Shown here in pieces: positions 55,901-64,000 of a stretch of DNA of 64,000 bases. The stretch comes from an uncultured archaeon. GTDB lineage: Archaea > Asgardarchaeota > Thorarchaeia > Thorarchaeales > Thorarchaeaceae. A model generated the notes under the pieces. It was not told where the DNA came from and did no database searches. It saw only the letters and a list, made by a program, of their open reading frames with translations. How positions within the stretch are numbered: position 1 is the stretch's first letter; every line of letters begins with the position of its first letter. The DNA is taken from contig CAZSWP010000014.1 of the NCBI GenBank assembly GCA_964610875.1, positions 1 through 64,000 on the forward strand. Reading direction: 5' to 3'. Made by a program: the position numbers and the translations under genes.

Positions 55901-56937
55901 TATTTTTCCACTCTACTAGTAATTTTATCAAAAGCAGTTGGATAAACACCTGCCATTTCATGTATTCGAATAATTAGTTCCTTACTCGCGCCTTTTAATC
56001 CACATTGAGTAGAAACCATACAACTTTCTTTTAAAAGGTCCAAATTTACACCACTTGCTACGAAGTTATGGAGGACATTTGAAAGATTGTGTTCAAGAGT
56101 TACTAAGACGGAAGCATCATACCCATCATCAGTATTAGGAAGTACACCTAAAGCAAGTGCCCCTCCTTTTTGGAGAAAGTGATTAATCTCTTCTGCTTGT
56201 TCAGAATCTATTGAAGTATCGTATGCCACAACGTCAATATGGACTATTTTTGGCTTTGAATTCCAGAGGATATACTCCTCGTCGATTTTTAGCTCTCGCC
56301 AATCCTCGCAATAGTGATATGCTGGGATCACCCTCTCAGGATACAAACTGTCCGTCTTCTTCAGCATTTTCTTCATATCTAGTCCATGAATTTGTTTATT
56401 CTCTATCATCTCTCTTATGAATCCAAAAGCAGGATCGTCTTGACATATAATAGTGGTCGAAGCCATATCCTCAAGAAATTCAACCATCCCTTGAGAAACT
56501 CTGGATATTAACGATGAATAGAATGCGAACATTTGCGGAGAAACATGATTCTTTCCATTGCTTCCTCTTGTACTGAAACACATTGTGGCAGGTGCAGTAA
56601 CCTGAGTCTTGAATATATCAAATGAATCCTGTTCTTTGAGTAGAAATAGACTACCAAAATAGTCCTTGGATGGTGAAATTGGGTCATCATTCTCAATCAT
56701 TTCTTGAAAGGATGAAGGATCAATGTCCAGAATAAAATCTCCTTCTTCTTCAAAACCATCAATGTAAGCTCCAAATTGACGTATCATGTCTTCTTCTCTT
56801 TTCGATGGAATCTGGTAGGCATAGGGCACTTTTAATTTTGGAATGTACTCCAGCGGAGCTCTCTCCTCCTTTTCGTTTAGACTTCCCACACCAAAGAAAT
56901 GCCCAACCAAATCAAAAGGTAGTACTCTCTTGGCCAA
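55900..56937 (-). CDS. Cobalamin-independent methionine synthase catalytic-core-like (MetE C-terminal barrel)
   Basis: GSL...P...QIP...EDM..Q, KTQVTAP.T, QDDP, HYC, and STQCGL as zinc ligands. Confidence 0.72.
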   Translation of the reverse strand: MAKRVLPFDLVGHFFGVGSLNEKEERAPLEYIPKLKVPYAYQIPSKREEDMIRQFGAYIDGFEEEGDFILDIDPSSFQEMIENDDPISPSKDYFGSLFLLKEQDSFDIFKTQVTAPATMCFSTRGSNGKNHVSPQMFAFYSSLISRVSQGMVEFLEDMASTTIICQDDPAFGFIREMIENKQIHGLDMKKMLKKTDSLYPERVIPAYHYCEDWRELKIDEEYILWNSKPKIVHIDVVAYDTSIDSEQAEEINHFLQKGGALALGVLPNTDDGYDASVLVTLEHNLSNVLHNFVASGVNLDLLKESCMVSTQCGLKGASKELIIRIHEMAGVYPTAFDKITSRVEK

Positions 56938-56944
56938 GAAAGAT

Positions 56945-58657
56945 TCACTCCTTGGTCTGCGATTTTCTTTTTGCTCCTCTGTTGCAAGACTGTAAAGCTG
57001 GACATCCGAAACATGTATCTGGAATATCGGTCAGCGCTTGTTCTCCGTATAATAACACTTGTTCAGCCACTTTGGTCCCTGTCGGTTCTGTTTCTTCTCT
57101 TTCCACAGAACCTGCTCTCCTGATGTGGCATCTATGTTCCTGCAATTCTTCAATGAATTCATCCGTATCGTCTCTCAAAATGACGGCTTGTGGACCAAGA
57201 CGTTTGACAACATGTTTCGTGAAATCCTCAATTAGCAGCAAATCTTCAAGGTCTTGTTCGTTTTCAGTTTCAAATATTGTGACATTTGAAAGTGTGGCAA
57301 ATATTGTTCGGGATGTCCAATCTTTAATTGAGCGTAGTACATTCGCTGGCACTGGTTTGCTACTTTCCGTTTCCAAGAATTCAAGAATCTCAGCTTCTCG
57401 CCAGTTGATTTCAATCGCTTGGAATATTGAATTCTCGGTGATTTTACATGTACTAACAACATCTGTTTTAACTGGTTCTGTAAGTAGCATGAGCTGATAG
57501 AGTTTGTAGTAGTTCATCTCTGAAGAGAAGACAGTAATCTCAAAATTAGGCTGCACAAAGAATGTTTCATGTTTTTCTAATTTTGTCATTGGTCTATTTG
57601 CAATCACGCTTGCTCCAACTTCTGTGAGTCTTATCGCCAGTAACTTCTTACCTTTATACGCTCCTTCTACCAATCCGAGTAGCAATGGTGTTTCAAGAGC
57701 CATAATGACCCTCTCCTCTGATACTTGTATCCATTTCAGAGGCTGCTCGTCAATAAACAATTCAGTTCTGATCCAATCTTTCAATTCAGATATCTGAATC
57801 CAATCCTCTGTAGTACTCTCTCTTAATCTGCAAATGACTAGATTTAGTGTATATTCGGTTGGTTGATCTGGTGTTGCCCATATTGCTCTAGTTCTTCCAA
57901 GTGCTGAGAGTAATATCCTACTTGAAACTTCATCTTGACGTCCATCAAATAGAGCTTCAACCTTTCCTGGGATCACTCTATCTTTTTCTACTATTACATA
58001 AGCACCAGCCTTTCTAGCAATCTTTTGCACTAGTTCAAAACGTTCTTCTGATGAATCTGACATTGCTTCTTTGATATGATCCATCTCTCTCTTTGGAAAT
58101 TCCCAAGAACTAGTCATCTTGACTTCATTCTTTGCCAAATATGAAACGAGTAATAGGGAATCAAGTAGGATTGTGTCACGATTATTGACAATATTTTTGA
58201 CTCTCTTAGGTTTCTCTAGGTCATGTTTAGGTTTCTTAGAGAAGTACTGTTTGAGTATCGGCATGAAGAAATCCAGTATCTTAAATTCGGCAACTTCTCT
58301 CCCAAATTCAGTAAGTCTAGACATCATTCGTCTAATAATCAAACCTTTTTTGCGAAGATCTCTCTCAGTTTGATTTAGTTGACCATAGCTATAGATTTTC
58401 CTGTAAGGCTTAAGTCGGTCATAACTCATTGCCCCGCCATTCAACACAAGCATTCCCAAAAGATCAATTTCCTTCTCAGTAAAAGTAGCAAAAATTCGTT
58501 CCCTTGCTTCTTTATTTTTCATTTTTTCTGCTAACATTTTCATGAGAGAATCGCCTGAAGAACTACTTCCAACATCGATGCCCCAATATTGGCATGCCAC
58601 TATCAGGTCTTCTCTAAACATGTGTTCTATCTCTTTTTCAAGCGTGATTTTCTGCAT
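56945..58657 (-). CDS. Helicase_C_3-domain (XPB-partner, Tfb2/p52-like) protein
   Basis: FFVQPNFEI...DVVSTCKITENSIFQA...ILEFLETESSKPVPANVLRSIKDW; C-terminal CxxCxxxxxC. Probable ATG at 58657 after gaagtga. Confidence 0.75.
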   Translation of the reverse strand: MQKITLEKEIEHMFREDLIVACQYWGIDVGSSSSGDSLMKMLAEKMKNKEARERIFATFTEKEIDLLGMLVLNGGAMSYDRLKPYRKIYSYGQLNQTERDLRKKGLIIRRMMSRLTEFGREVAEFKILDFFMPILKQYFSKKPKHDLEKPKRVKNIVNNRDTILLDSLLLVSYLAKNEVKMTSSWEFPKREMDHIKEAMSDSSEERFELVQKIARKAGAYVIVEKDRVIPGKVEALFDGRQDEVSSRILLSALGRTRAIWATPDQPTEYTLNLVICRLRESTTEDWIQISELKDWIRTELFIDEQPLKWIQVSEERVIMALETPLLLGLVEGAYKGKKLLAIRLTEVGASVIANRPMTKLEKHETFFVQPNFEITVFSSEMNYYKLYQLMLLTEPVKTDVVSTCKITENSIFQAIEINWREAEILEFLETESSKPVPANVLRSIKDWTSRTIFATLSNVTIFETENEQDLEDLLLIEDFTKHVVKRLGPQAVILRDDTDEFIEELQEHRCHIRRAGSVEREETEPTGTKVAEQVLLYGEQALTDIPDTCFGCPALQSCNRGAKRKSQTKE

Positions 58658-58713
58658 TATCTTCACTTCTAGGAAATTTAGGAAGTAAACAAGCGCCCAG
58701 ATATTCATGGTTT

Positions 58714-58736
58714 ATGACCATTACGGTTTCGGTCAT
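58714..58736. promoter_or_regulatory. Palindrome ATGACC-N11-GGTCAT in the divergent promoter region
   Basis: atgaccattacggtttcggtcat; shares TTTCGGTCATGT with the reverse complement of 43462-43473. Confidence 0.45.
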
Positions 58737-58822
58737 GTTTAGCTAAAATTTTCCAAATTAGAAAAATATCAATGAACATGCTTATCTTGTTATCGCAGGA
58801 GGAATGTATAGGGGTCCTCACC

Positions 58823-59944
58823 ATGGAAGTACCATTGTGGTCAGTAAAATATCGCCCTTCATCATGGGATTCATTTGTGGGTCAGGAGAGAGCCATCGCC
58901 CAACTCAGACAATATGCTGAATCGGGACTCTTTGCTAGTTTGATTCTTTACGGCCCCTCTGGAACGGGCAAGACAGTAGCTGCGGAGTTGTATGCAAGAG
59001 AAGCTCTTGGTGATTTATTTGAATCAAATTATAAAATACTGAACGTGCGCGAGATATTCACATATTCTGCAACTACTGCAAAGCGAAAAATATCTGATTT
59101 GGCTAAATTAGATAGAAAGGATAGAACTGAACTTGATGAATACATGTCCTTTGTCTATCGAGAAGCAAAAGCAGAACTAAAGCTTAAAGGTAGGAGTAAA
59201 GAACCTAACAGAAGTGAAATGCTTCAACAAGCGATAAAGCTCTTCGCGTCAACCATGACAGTTTCTGACGAACTTGTGAAAGTGTTAATTCTTGATGAAG
59301 CCGATGCGATGGATTACAATATGCAACAAGCACTCCGCAGAACTATGGAATTATATTCGGATTTGTGTAGATTCATTCTAATAACTCCATCATTGACTGG
59401 GTGGAATCCTGCTATTATATCTCGATGTCTTATGGTTAAATTCTCAGCGATTTCTGAAGAGAATCTTTCAGACATGCTTACAAGAATTTCCAAGAATGAG
59501 TCAGTGAATTATGATGAAACGGGCATCCAAGCTATCACCAAAGAGTCTCAAGGTGACATGAGAAGAGCTATAGACTTGCTACAGATATGTGCCTCAAGTG
59601 GAAACACGGTATTTGAAGATATTGTCTATGAGTATTCTGAATCCTCCCTCTCTAAGAAAGTCAGGAAAATGATCTCACTGGCACTCAATAATGATTTTGT
59701 GAAAGCAAGAGATCGATTAAGGTTGTTAATTGCTATGGATGGATACGAACCAGAAGAAGTCTGTCTGGAGATACAGCGAGACTTACTCAAACGACCAATT
59801 CCTGTTACGAAACTGCAACATCTTCTCTCTAGAATTGCAGAGATTGACTATAGAATAACTCAGGCACGAAACCCATTCATTCACCTAACAGCATTATTGG
59901 CATCGATTAGGAATATTTTCTCGGAAGAATCTGTTATTGCATAG
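58823..59944 (+). CDS. Replication factor C small-subunit-like clamp-loader ATPase with insertion
   Basis: WSVKYRP, GPSGTGKT, ILDEAD, QQALRRTME, ISRC, GDMRRAI; a ~45-aa insertion replaces the NASD region. ATG at 58823. Confidence 0.87.
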   Translation: MEVPLWSVKYRPSSWDSFVGQERAIAQLRQYAESGLFASLILYGPSGTGKTVAAELYAREALGDLFESNYKILNVREIFTYSATTAKRKISDLAKLDRKDRTELDEYMSFVYREAKAELKLKGRSKEPNRSEMLQQAIKLFASTMTVSDELVKVLILDEADAMDYNMQQALRRTMELYSDLCRFILITPSLTGWNPAIISRCLMVKFSAISEENLSDMLTRISKNESVNYDETGIQAITKESQGDMRRAIDLLQICASSGNTVFEDIVYEYSESSLSKKVRKMISLALNNDFVKARDRLRLLIAMDGYEPEEVCLEIQRDLLKRPIPVTKLQHLLSRIAEIDYRITQARNPFIHLTALLASIRNIFSEESVIA

Positions 59945-60221
59945 GTTTTTTTTCACTATTCATCCGAACTGGTCCTCCAAATGCTGCAACAAGGTCTATT
60001 GGTAATTCTTGCTTCTCATATAGGAATCCTGCTTTGATGCTATTGCCTTCGCGGTTGACCATTTCATTCTCAAGGGCAATTGTTAGAAGTCTACGAATAT
60101 CTGAAGGCCGCCCTAACCTACATCGGAATGATAGAAAAGAAACTGCTTCCTCAATCTCCACATGAGATCCCCTTTTACGAAATAGATGAGTTAGAATCTG
60201 GATGACATGTTTTCCATTCAT
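59934..60221 (-). CDS. Small winged-helix-like hypothetical protein (DUF2240-like)
   Basis: HLFRKRG...LSF.....PSDIRRLLTIALENEMV pattern. Confidence 0.55.
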   Translation of the reverse strand: MNGKHVIQILTHLFRKRGSHVEIEEAVSFLSFRCRLGRPSDIRRLLTIALENEMVNREGNSIKAGFLYEKQELPIDLVAAFGGPVRMNSEKKPMQ

Positions 60222-60277
60222 AACGAGTTCATGATTGCCGTGGGTTTAAGTGCTTTGGATTAGTTACTGAGAAATAG

Positions 60278-61243
60278 ATGTCTCCAATAAACATCCAAGT
60301 ACATGGGTTTGATTTGAACCGAATTCCAATTCTATTGAATGAATCAGTAGAAGGTCTCAGGGTAGATACTCATCCCCCTATCTTGCTACACGGTTGGTCT
60401 AATATTAACCTTCTAATGGATAGTTCAGATGGCCAAGTAATAGTAAAACTTCCTCAACTTGTATGCAGATATCAAGAAAATCCGTATGAATATCAATGGA
60501 ATTGTCATGAAGCACTCTATCCTTCCGGGCTTTGCTCCAAACCATTGGCAATTGGTCGGCTTTCTGACCTAAAACAAACTCCCTTTATGGTACTCGAACA
60601 TATTACTGGTCAGATACCCTCTCGGATATCTGAACTTGATTCTAGTGATATCGAAACAATATTTGCATTTCATCAGAAGTTCGCTAAATTGAGACCCAAA
60701 ACCATCCATAAATTCAAGAACGCTGAATCATATATCAGATTCAATTATGATTCCATCTTACGTATTTACAATCAATCAAACACATATTCTAACTATATTG
60801 AAAATAGAATCTCATTAATGGATGATTTTCAACAATCTCTCTTAGAGTGGGCGAAATCTATGCCATGGTCGTGTGATTTAATGCATGGTGATTTTCACAC
60901 GCAGAATATAGTTTTCCAAAAAGGTGGGCTCCTTTTTCTTGATCTTGAATTCTGTGCACTTGCAGAAAGCATGATTGATCAATCATATTTCTTTTGTGAA
61001 CCATATAGTTTGAAAAATCTATCAGAACTGAAAAAATCCATTTCACAGATTGAAAAGCGAAACCAGATACTCCTTTTTGCACCTCTGGCCTTACTTGCAC
61101 TGATATCTTGGTTTCTTATTTGGATAATGAACACTGAGCAAAATCTTATCGAACCCATTTTGTTAACAAATGGATCTAGAGCTTCTTGGATTGATTATCT
61201 TAGTACAAGAATGGATATTCTAGAATCTCTTCTAACTCCTTAA
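60278..61243 (+). CDS. Aminoglycoside phosphotransferase / choline kinase-like protein
   Basis: GWSN, IVKLP, MVLEHITG, HGDFHTQN, FLDLE. Confidence 0.82.
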   Translation: MSPINIQVHGFDLNRIPILLNESVEGLRVDTHPPILLHGWSNINLLMDSSDGQVIVKLPQLVCRYQENPYEYQWNCHEALYPSGLCSKPLAIGRLSDLKQTPFMVLEHITGQIPSRISELDSSDIETIFAFHQKFAKLRPKTIHKFKNAESYIRFNYDSILRIYNQSNTYSNYIENRISLMDDFQQSLLEWAKSMPWSCDLMHGDFHTQNIVFQKGGLLFLDLEFCALAESMIDQSYFFCEPYSLKNLSELKKSISQIEKRNQILLFAPLALLALISWFLIWIMNTEQNLIEPILLTNGSRASWIDYLSTRMDILESLLTP

Positions 61244-61479
61244 TTATCAAGTTTCTCTTCAATCTCACTCTTTTTCGTTCTAATGTCATTACCCTCTATA
61301 ATCAGTTTGGTAAGATCTTTCTGATATTCTTCTTTGGAAATCCACCCATTACTTAGTTTTTCATCCAAGTCTATTCTCTTGTGACGGATTTCTGTGAAGG
61401 CTTTCTCGAGTGCTGCGTGGCGTATTTTTAGAAACACAGAATTCTCTGATTGCAATCTCTCCCGGCTTGAATTATACAT
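61240..61479 (-). CDS. Small coiled-coil helical-hairpin protein
   Basis: LDEKLSNGWISKEEYQKDL flanked by heptads; motif similar to the C-terminus of 9770-10306. Confidence 0.6.
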   Translation of the reverse strand: MYNSSRERLQSENSVFLKIRHAALEKAFTEIRHKRIDLDEKLSNGWISKEEYQKDLTKLIIEGNDIRTKKSEIEEKLDN

Positions 61480-61626
61480 TTACATTGAAACGCTCCGAAC
61501 TTTAAAGGTTATATCTAATATAATATAATATAATATAAACTATGCTATATCTCCCATTGTATTTCGAAAATCCATAGCCAATAGATTGATGTAATATCTA
61601 TCTGAAGACATTCAGGGACTTAAGAG

Positions 61627-62454
61627 ATGAGTCTAGAAGATATGTTAAAGAAAGGACGTCCTCTTTATTGGACTGGAGTAGAACCATTGGACAAAGAAAC
61701 TACGAAAGGGTTTCCAAGTAACGCATTTGGCTTTATTCGTGGACCTGGTGGTGGTGGCAAATCTGTAATATTGAATGAAATAGCAAAAGCGCAGATGGAA
61801 ATGGGAAAGAAGGTACTTTATGTTTGCTTTGAAGACACTCCTCTCTCCATTCTACAAAATCTGTATTCTCTTGGATGGGATTATGCTAAGATGCTTGGGA
61901 AGGACATGATTCATCTCATAGATTGTTTTTCGGGTCAGATTCTACGAAAAACCGTGAAGTATAATCATACCACACTTGTTAGGAATCCCACTGAACCCAA
62001 TGAAGTTGGTGATGCAATACACGCTTACCTAGATGAAAACGAAGAAGTAATCGGAGGCATTTTCATCGATAGTATCACAGAACTCTTCCTCCAATCACAT
62101 CCCTTCAAGGCTGTAAATGCAGTGAAGGCTTGGCGCGCAACTTTCTCAAAAGATCATTATGTTCCATGCTGGGCTACCTATCACACTGGACTACAACAAT
62201 TTGCTGCATATGATGATCTGATTACCTATAGTAGTGATATCATCATTGATACAAGACATGAGCCTGTATTCAAGAATGCGGGGGTTCTCCTAAAACAATT
62301 TAGAATAACAAAATTGAAAGGTGCACCTCATAATACATTATGGGTCACATTTGAAGTTGGTCCTGAGGGGATTGAACGTCTGACAATCGATACAATCAAA
62401 GAGATAGCACGGAAGATCACTACGTATGACGCTCCAAAGGATGAGAAAGACTAA
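61627..62454 (+). CDS. KaiC/RAD55-family single-domain RecA-like ATPase
   Basis: TGVEPLD...GFP, GPGGGGKS, YVCFED, IDCFS, FIDSIT, ITKLKG..H, GI. Confidence 0.85.
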   Translation: MSLEDMLKKGRPLYWTGVEPLDKETTKGFPSNAFGFIRGPGGGGKSVILNEIAKAQMEMGKKVLYVCFEDTPLSILQNLYSLGWDYAKMLGKDMIHLIDCFSGQILRKTVKYNHTTLVRNPTEPNEVGDAIHAYLDENEEVIGGIFIDSITELFLQSHPFKAVNAVKAWRATFSKDHYVPCWATYHTGLQQFAAYDDLITYSSDIIIDTRHEPVFKNAGVLLKQFRITKLKGAPHNTLWVTFEVGPEGIERLTIDTIKEIARKITTYDAPKDEKD

Positions 62455-63998
62455 TTGAAGAACTTGGCGGGGTCTTTTTCCCAGATCATTTCATCATCTG
62501 ATGCTATCACATATTGATAACCCTGTTCGGTTAAGAACAGTTGACGTTTAGCTGCAAAATCCATATCGCGAGTGTCTTTTGTTATTATCGAATAAAATCT
62601 GGCAAAGCTACCATCTGATTTTGGTCTTAGAATTCTACCAAGCCGTTGTGCTTCTTCTTGACGTGAACCAAATGTACCAGAGACCTGAATCGCTACATTT
62701 GCGTCAGGAAGATCTAGAGCAAAGTTTGCAACTTTGGACACAACAAGTATCTTTTCTTTTCCTGCTCTAAAGGCTTTGTATAGTTTCTGTCGATCATAAT
62801 TGTTGGTCTTGCCTGTAATAAGCGGTGCTTTGATCTCATCAGCTATAGCCTTCAGTTGCTTCAGATACATACCAATGATCAATATATTATCCTTTTCATG
62901 ATATTGAATCAGTTCTTTTATGATCTCGAGTTTTCTTGGATTTTCAGCAGCAATTCTATACTTCTTCCGATCCTCTGTGACAGCGTATTTACGTCGTAGT
63001 TTATCGGGCAACTCCAAACGTATCTCATAACAGATAGCTGTAGCAATCCATCCTTTGTTTTCTAGTTGCTTCCAGGGCATATCATAACGTTTTGGACCTA
63101 TTAGGCTGAACACATCCTCTTCGCGTTCATCTTCCCGAATTAGTGTTGCAGTTAAGCCAAGTCTCCTAGTGGCCTGAATTACTGCTGTGACTCTAAAAAC
63201 TGGTGCAGGTAACAGATGCACCTCATCATATATTATGAGTCCCCATTGACGCGCATCAAACAATTCGAAGTGCTCAAATTCATTCTCACGAGATTTTCGA
63301 TAAGTCAGAATTTGATAAGTTGCTACAGTTACAGGCTTGATTGTCTTATCGTCTCCTGTGTATTCCCCAATCTGATCCTCTGTCAGAGTTGTCTTATCAA
63401 GAAGCTCGGCAATCCATTGTCTTACTGCAACCACGTTTGGACACAGAATCAATGTAGATGTTTGGAGCTCATGCATCGCACCTATCCCAACCATGGTCTT
63501 TCCGGCACCACAAGGCAGTACAACTACTCCTGAACCACCTCTTACTCCGCCTCCTGCGTGGAAAGATGCAACTGAATCGAGTTGATAATCTCGCAACCTA
63601 AAGGGCTTATTGTCAAGAGTGATGTCCCTCATCTCAAATGGTAGGGCTTCTCCTTCAGTATATCCTGCTAGGTCTTCTACCGGATGGCCAACCTCAAGCA
63701 AAGCATGTTTTATGAAACCTCTCTCTCTTGGGTCAACAAGAAATGTCCTTTCATCCACTCGCTCTACAATAAACTCTCTCACTTTCTTCTGTTGCCATAT
63801 TTCCTCTGCAACATCTACATCCTCACATTGAAGGAGCAAATCTTCTCCTTCCGCGAACAATGTAATTGTACCATATCGGCTCATGTATTCAATTATATCT
63901 CGAGAAATGTTACTCGGGATTGGATACTTGGCATACCGTTCAAGAGTATCAATTACCTCCCTGGCTGAGATGCCAATCGCTGCTGCATTCCAGAGGCT
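62451..63998 (-). CDS. xpb: XPB/Ssl2/Rad25 SF2 helicase with N-terminal Helicase_C_3 domain (5'-partial, runs off the window)
   Basis: LRDYQ, VLPCGAGKT, DEVH, LGLTATLIRED, QEEAQRLGRILR. The frame is open upstream of 63884 as SLWNAAAIGISAREVIDTLERYAKYPIPSNI. Confidence 0.93.
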   Translation of the reverse strand, partial: SLWNAAAIGISAREVIDTLERYAKYPIPSNISRDIIEYMSRYGTITLFAEGEDLLLQCEDVDVAEEIWQQKKVREFIVERVDERTFLVDPRERGFIKHALLEVGHPVEDLAGYTEGEALPFEMRDITLDNKPFRLRDYQLDSVASFHAGGGVRGGSGVVVLPCGAGKTMVGIGAMHELQTSTLILCPNVVAVRQWIAELLDKTTLTEDQIGEYTGDDKTIKPVTVATYQILTYRKSRENEFEHFELFDARQWGLIIYDEVHLLPAPVFRVTAVIQATRRLGLTATLIREDEREEDVFSLIGPKRYDMPWKQLENKGWIATAICYEIRLELPDKLRRKYAVTEDRKKYRIAAENPRKLEIIKELIQYHEKDNILIIGMYLKQLKAIADEIKAPLITGKTNNYDRQKLYKAFRAGKEKILVVSKVANFALDLPDANVAIQVSGTFGSRQEEAQRLGRILRPKSDGSFARFYSIITKDTRDMDFAAKRQLFLTEQGYQYVIASDDEMIWEKDPAKFFN

Positions 63999-64000
63999 CA

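Noticed and set aside
56805-57497. 230-aa + strand ORF
   Set aside because: It is antisense to two well-supported genes and has a Ser-rich shadow composition.
61500-61545. AT-only stretch taatataatatataataatataa
   Set aside because: It is most simply the divergent TATA/promoter region and too short to call as a repeat element or origin.

Overview
This is a gene-dense, AT-rich archaeal window, almost certainly from an Asgard archaeon and probably Thorarchaeia. That assignment is an inference from gene content: an archaeal histone, eS25, archaeal GluRS/ThiI, Fae domains, a longin-GTPase, a Vps22 domain and a giant Ig/LamG surface protein. I saw no rRNA, tRNA, CRISPR array or transposase. Housekeeping and metabolic genes include gltX, thiI, alaX, larB, GlmU-like, hydantoinase A/B, malic enzyme, two bcp copies, gcvH-like, GlcD/GlcF-like, MetE-core and XPB. 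The most notable items are: (i) a eukaryote-like trafficking cluster at 9.8-15.2 kb (uDENN/longin-winged-helix protein, longin-small GTPase fusion, coiled-coil/helical-hairpin protein, and a divergent 774-aa protein ending in a full-length ESCRT-II Vps22/EAP30 domain, outside any canonical ESCRT operon); (ii) tandem class-I aldolase-Fae fusions with apparently complementary degenerate Fae domains; (iii) an eS25-repeat-HhH fusion followed by a ~130-nt G:U-rich structured RNA; (iv) a small ORF whose start is complementary to its own 3' region; (v) a 5,000-aa surface protein with mosaic 306-bp repeats; (vi) a p52/Tfb2-like Helicase_C_3 protein near XPB; (vii) degenerate Cdc6- and RadA-like ATPases and a shared ATGACC-N10/11-GGTCAT palindrome upstream of replication genes; (viii) three tandem paralogous unknown membrane proteins. 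All family calls come from reading motifs by eye; no searches were run.
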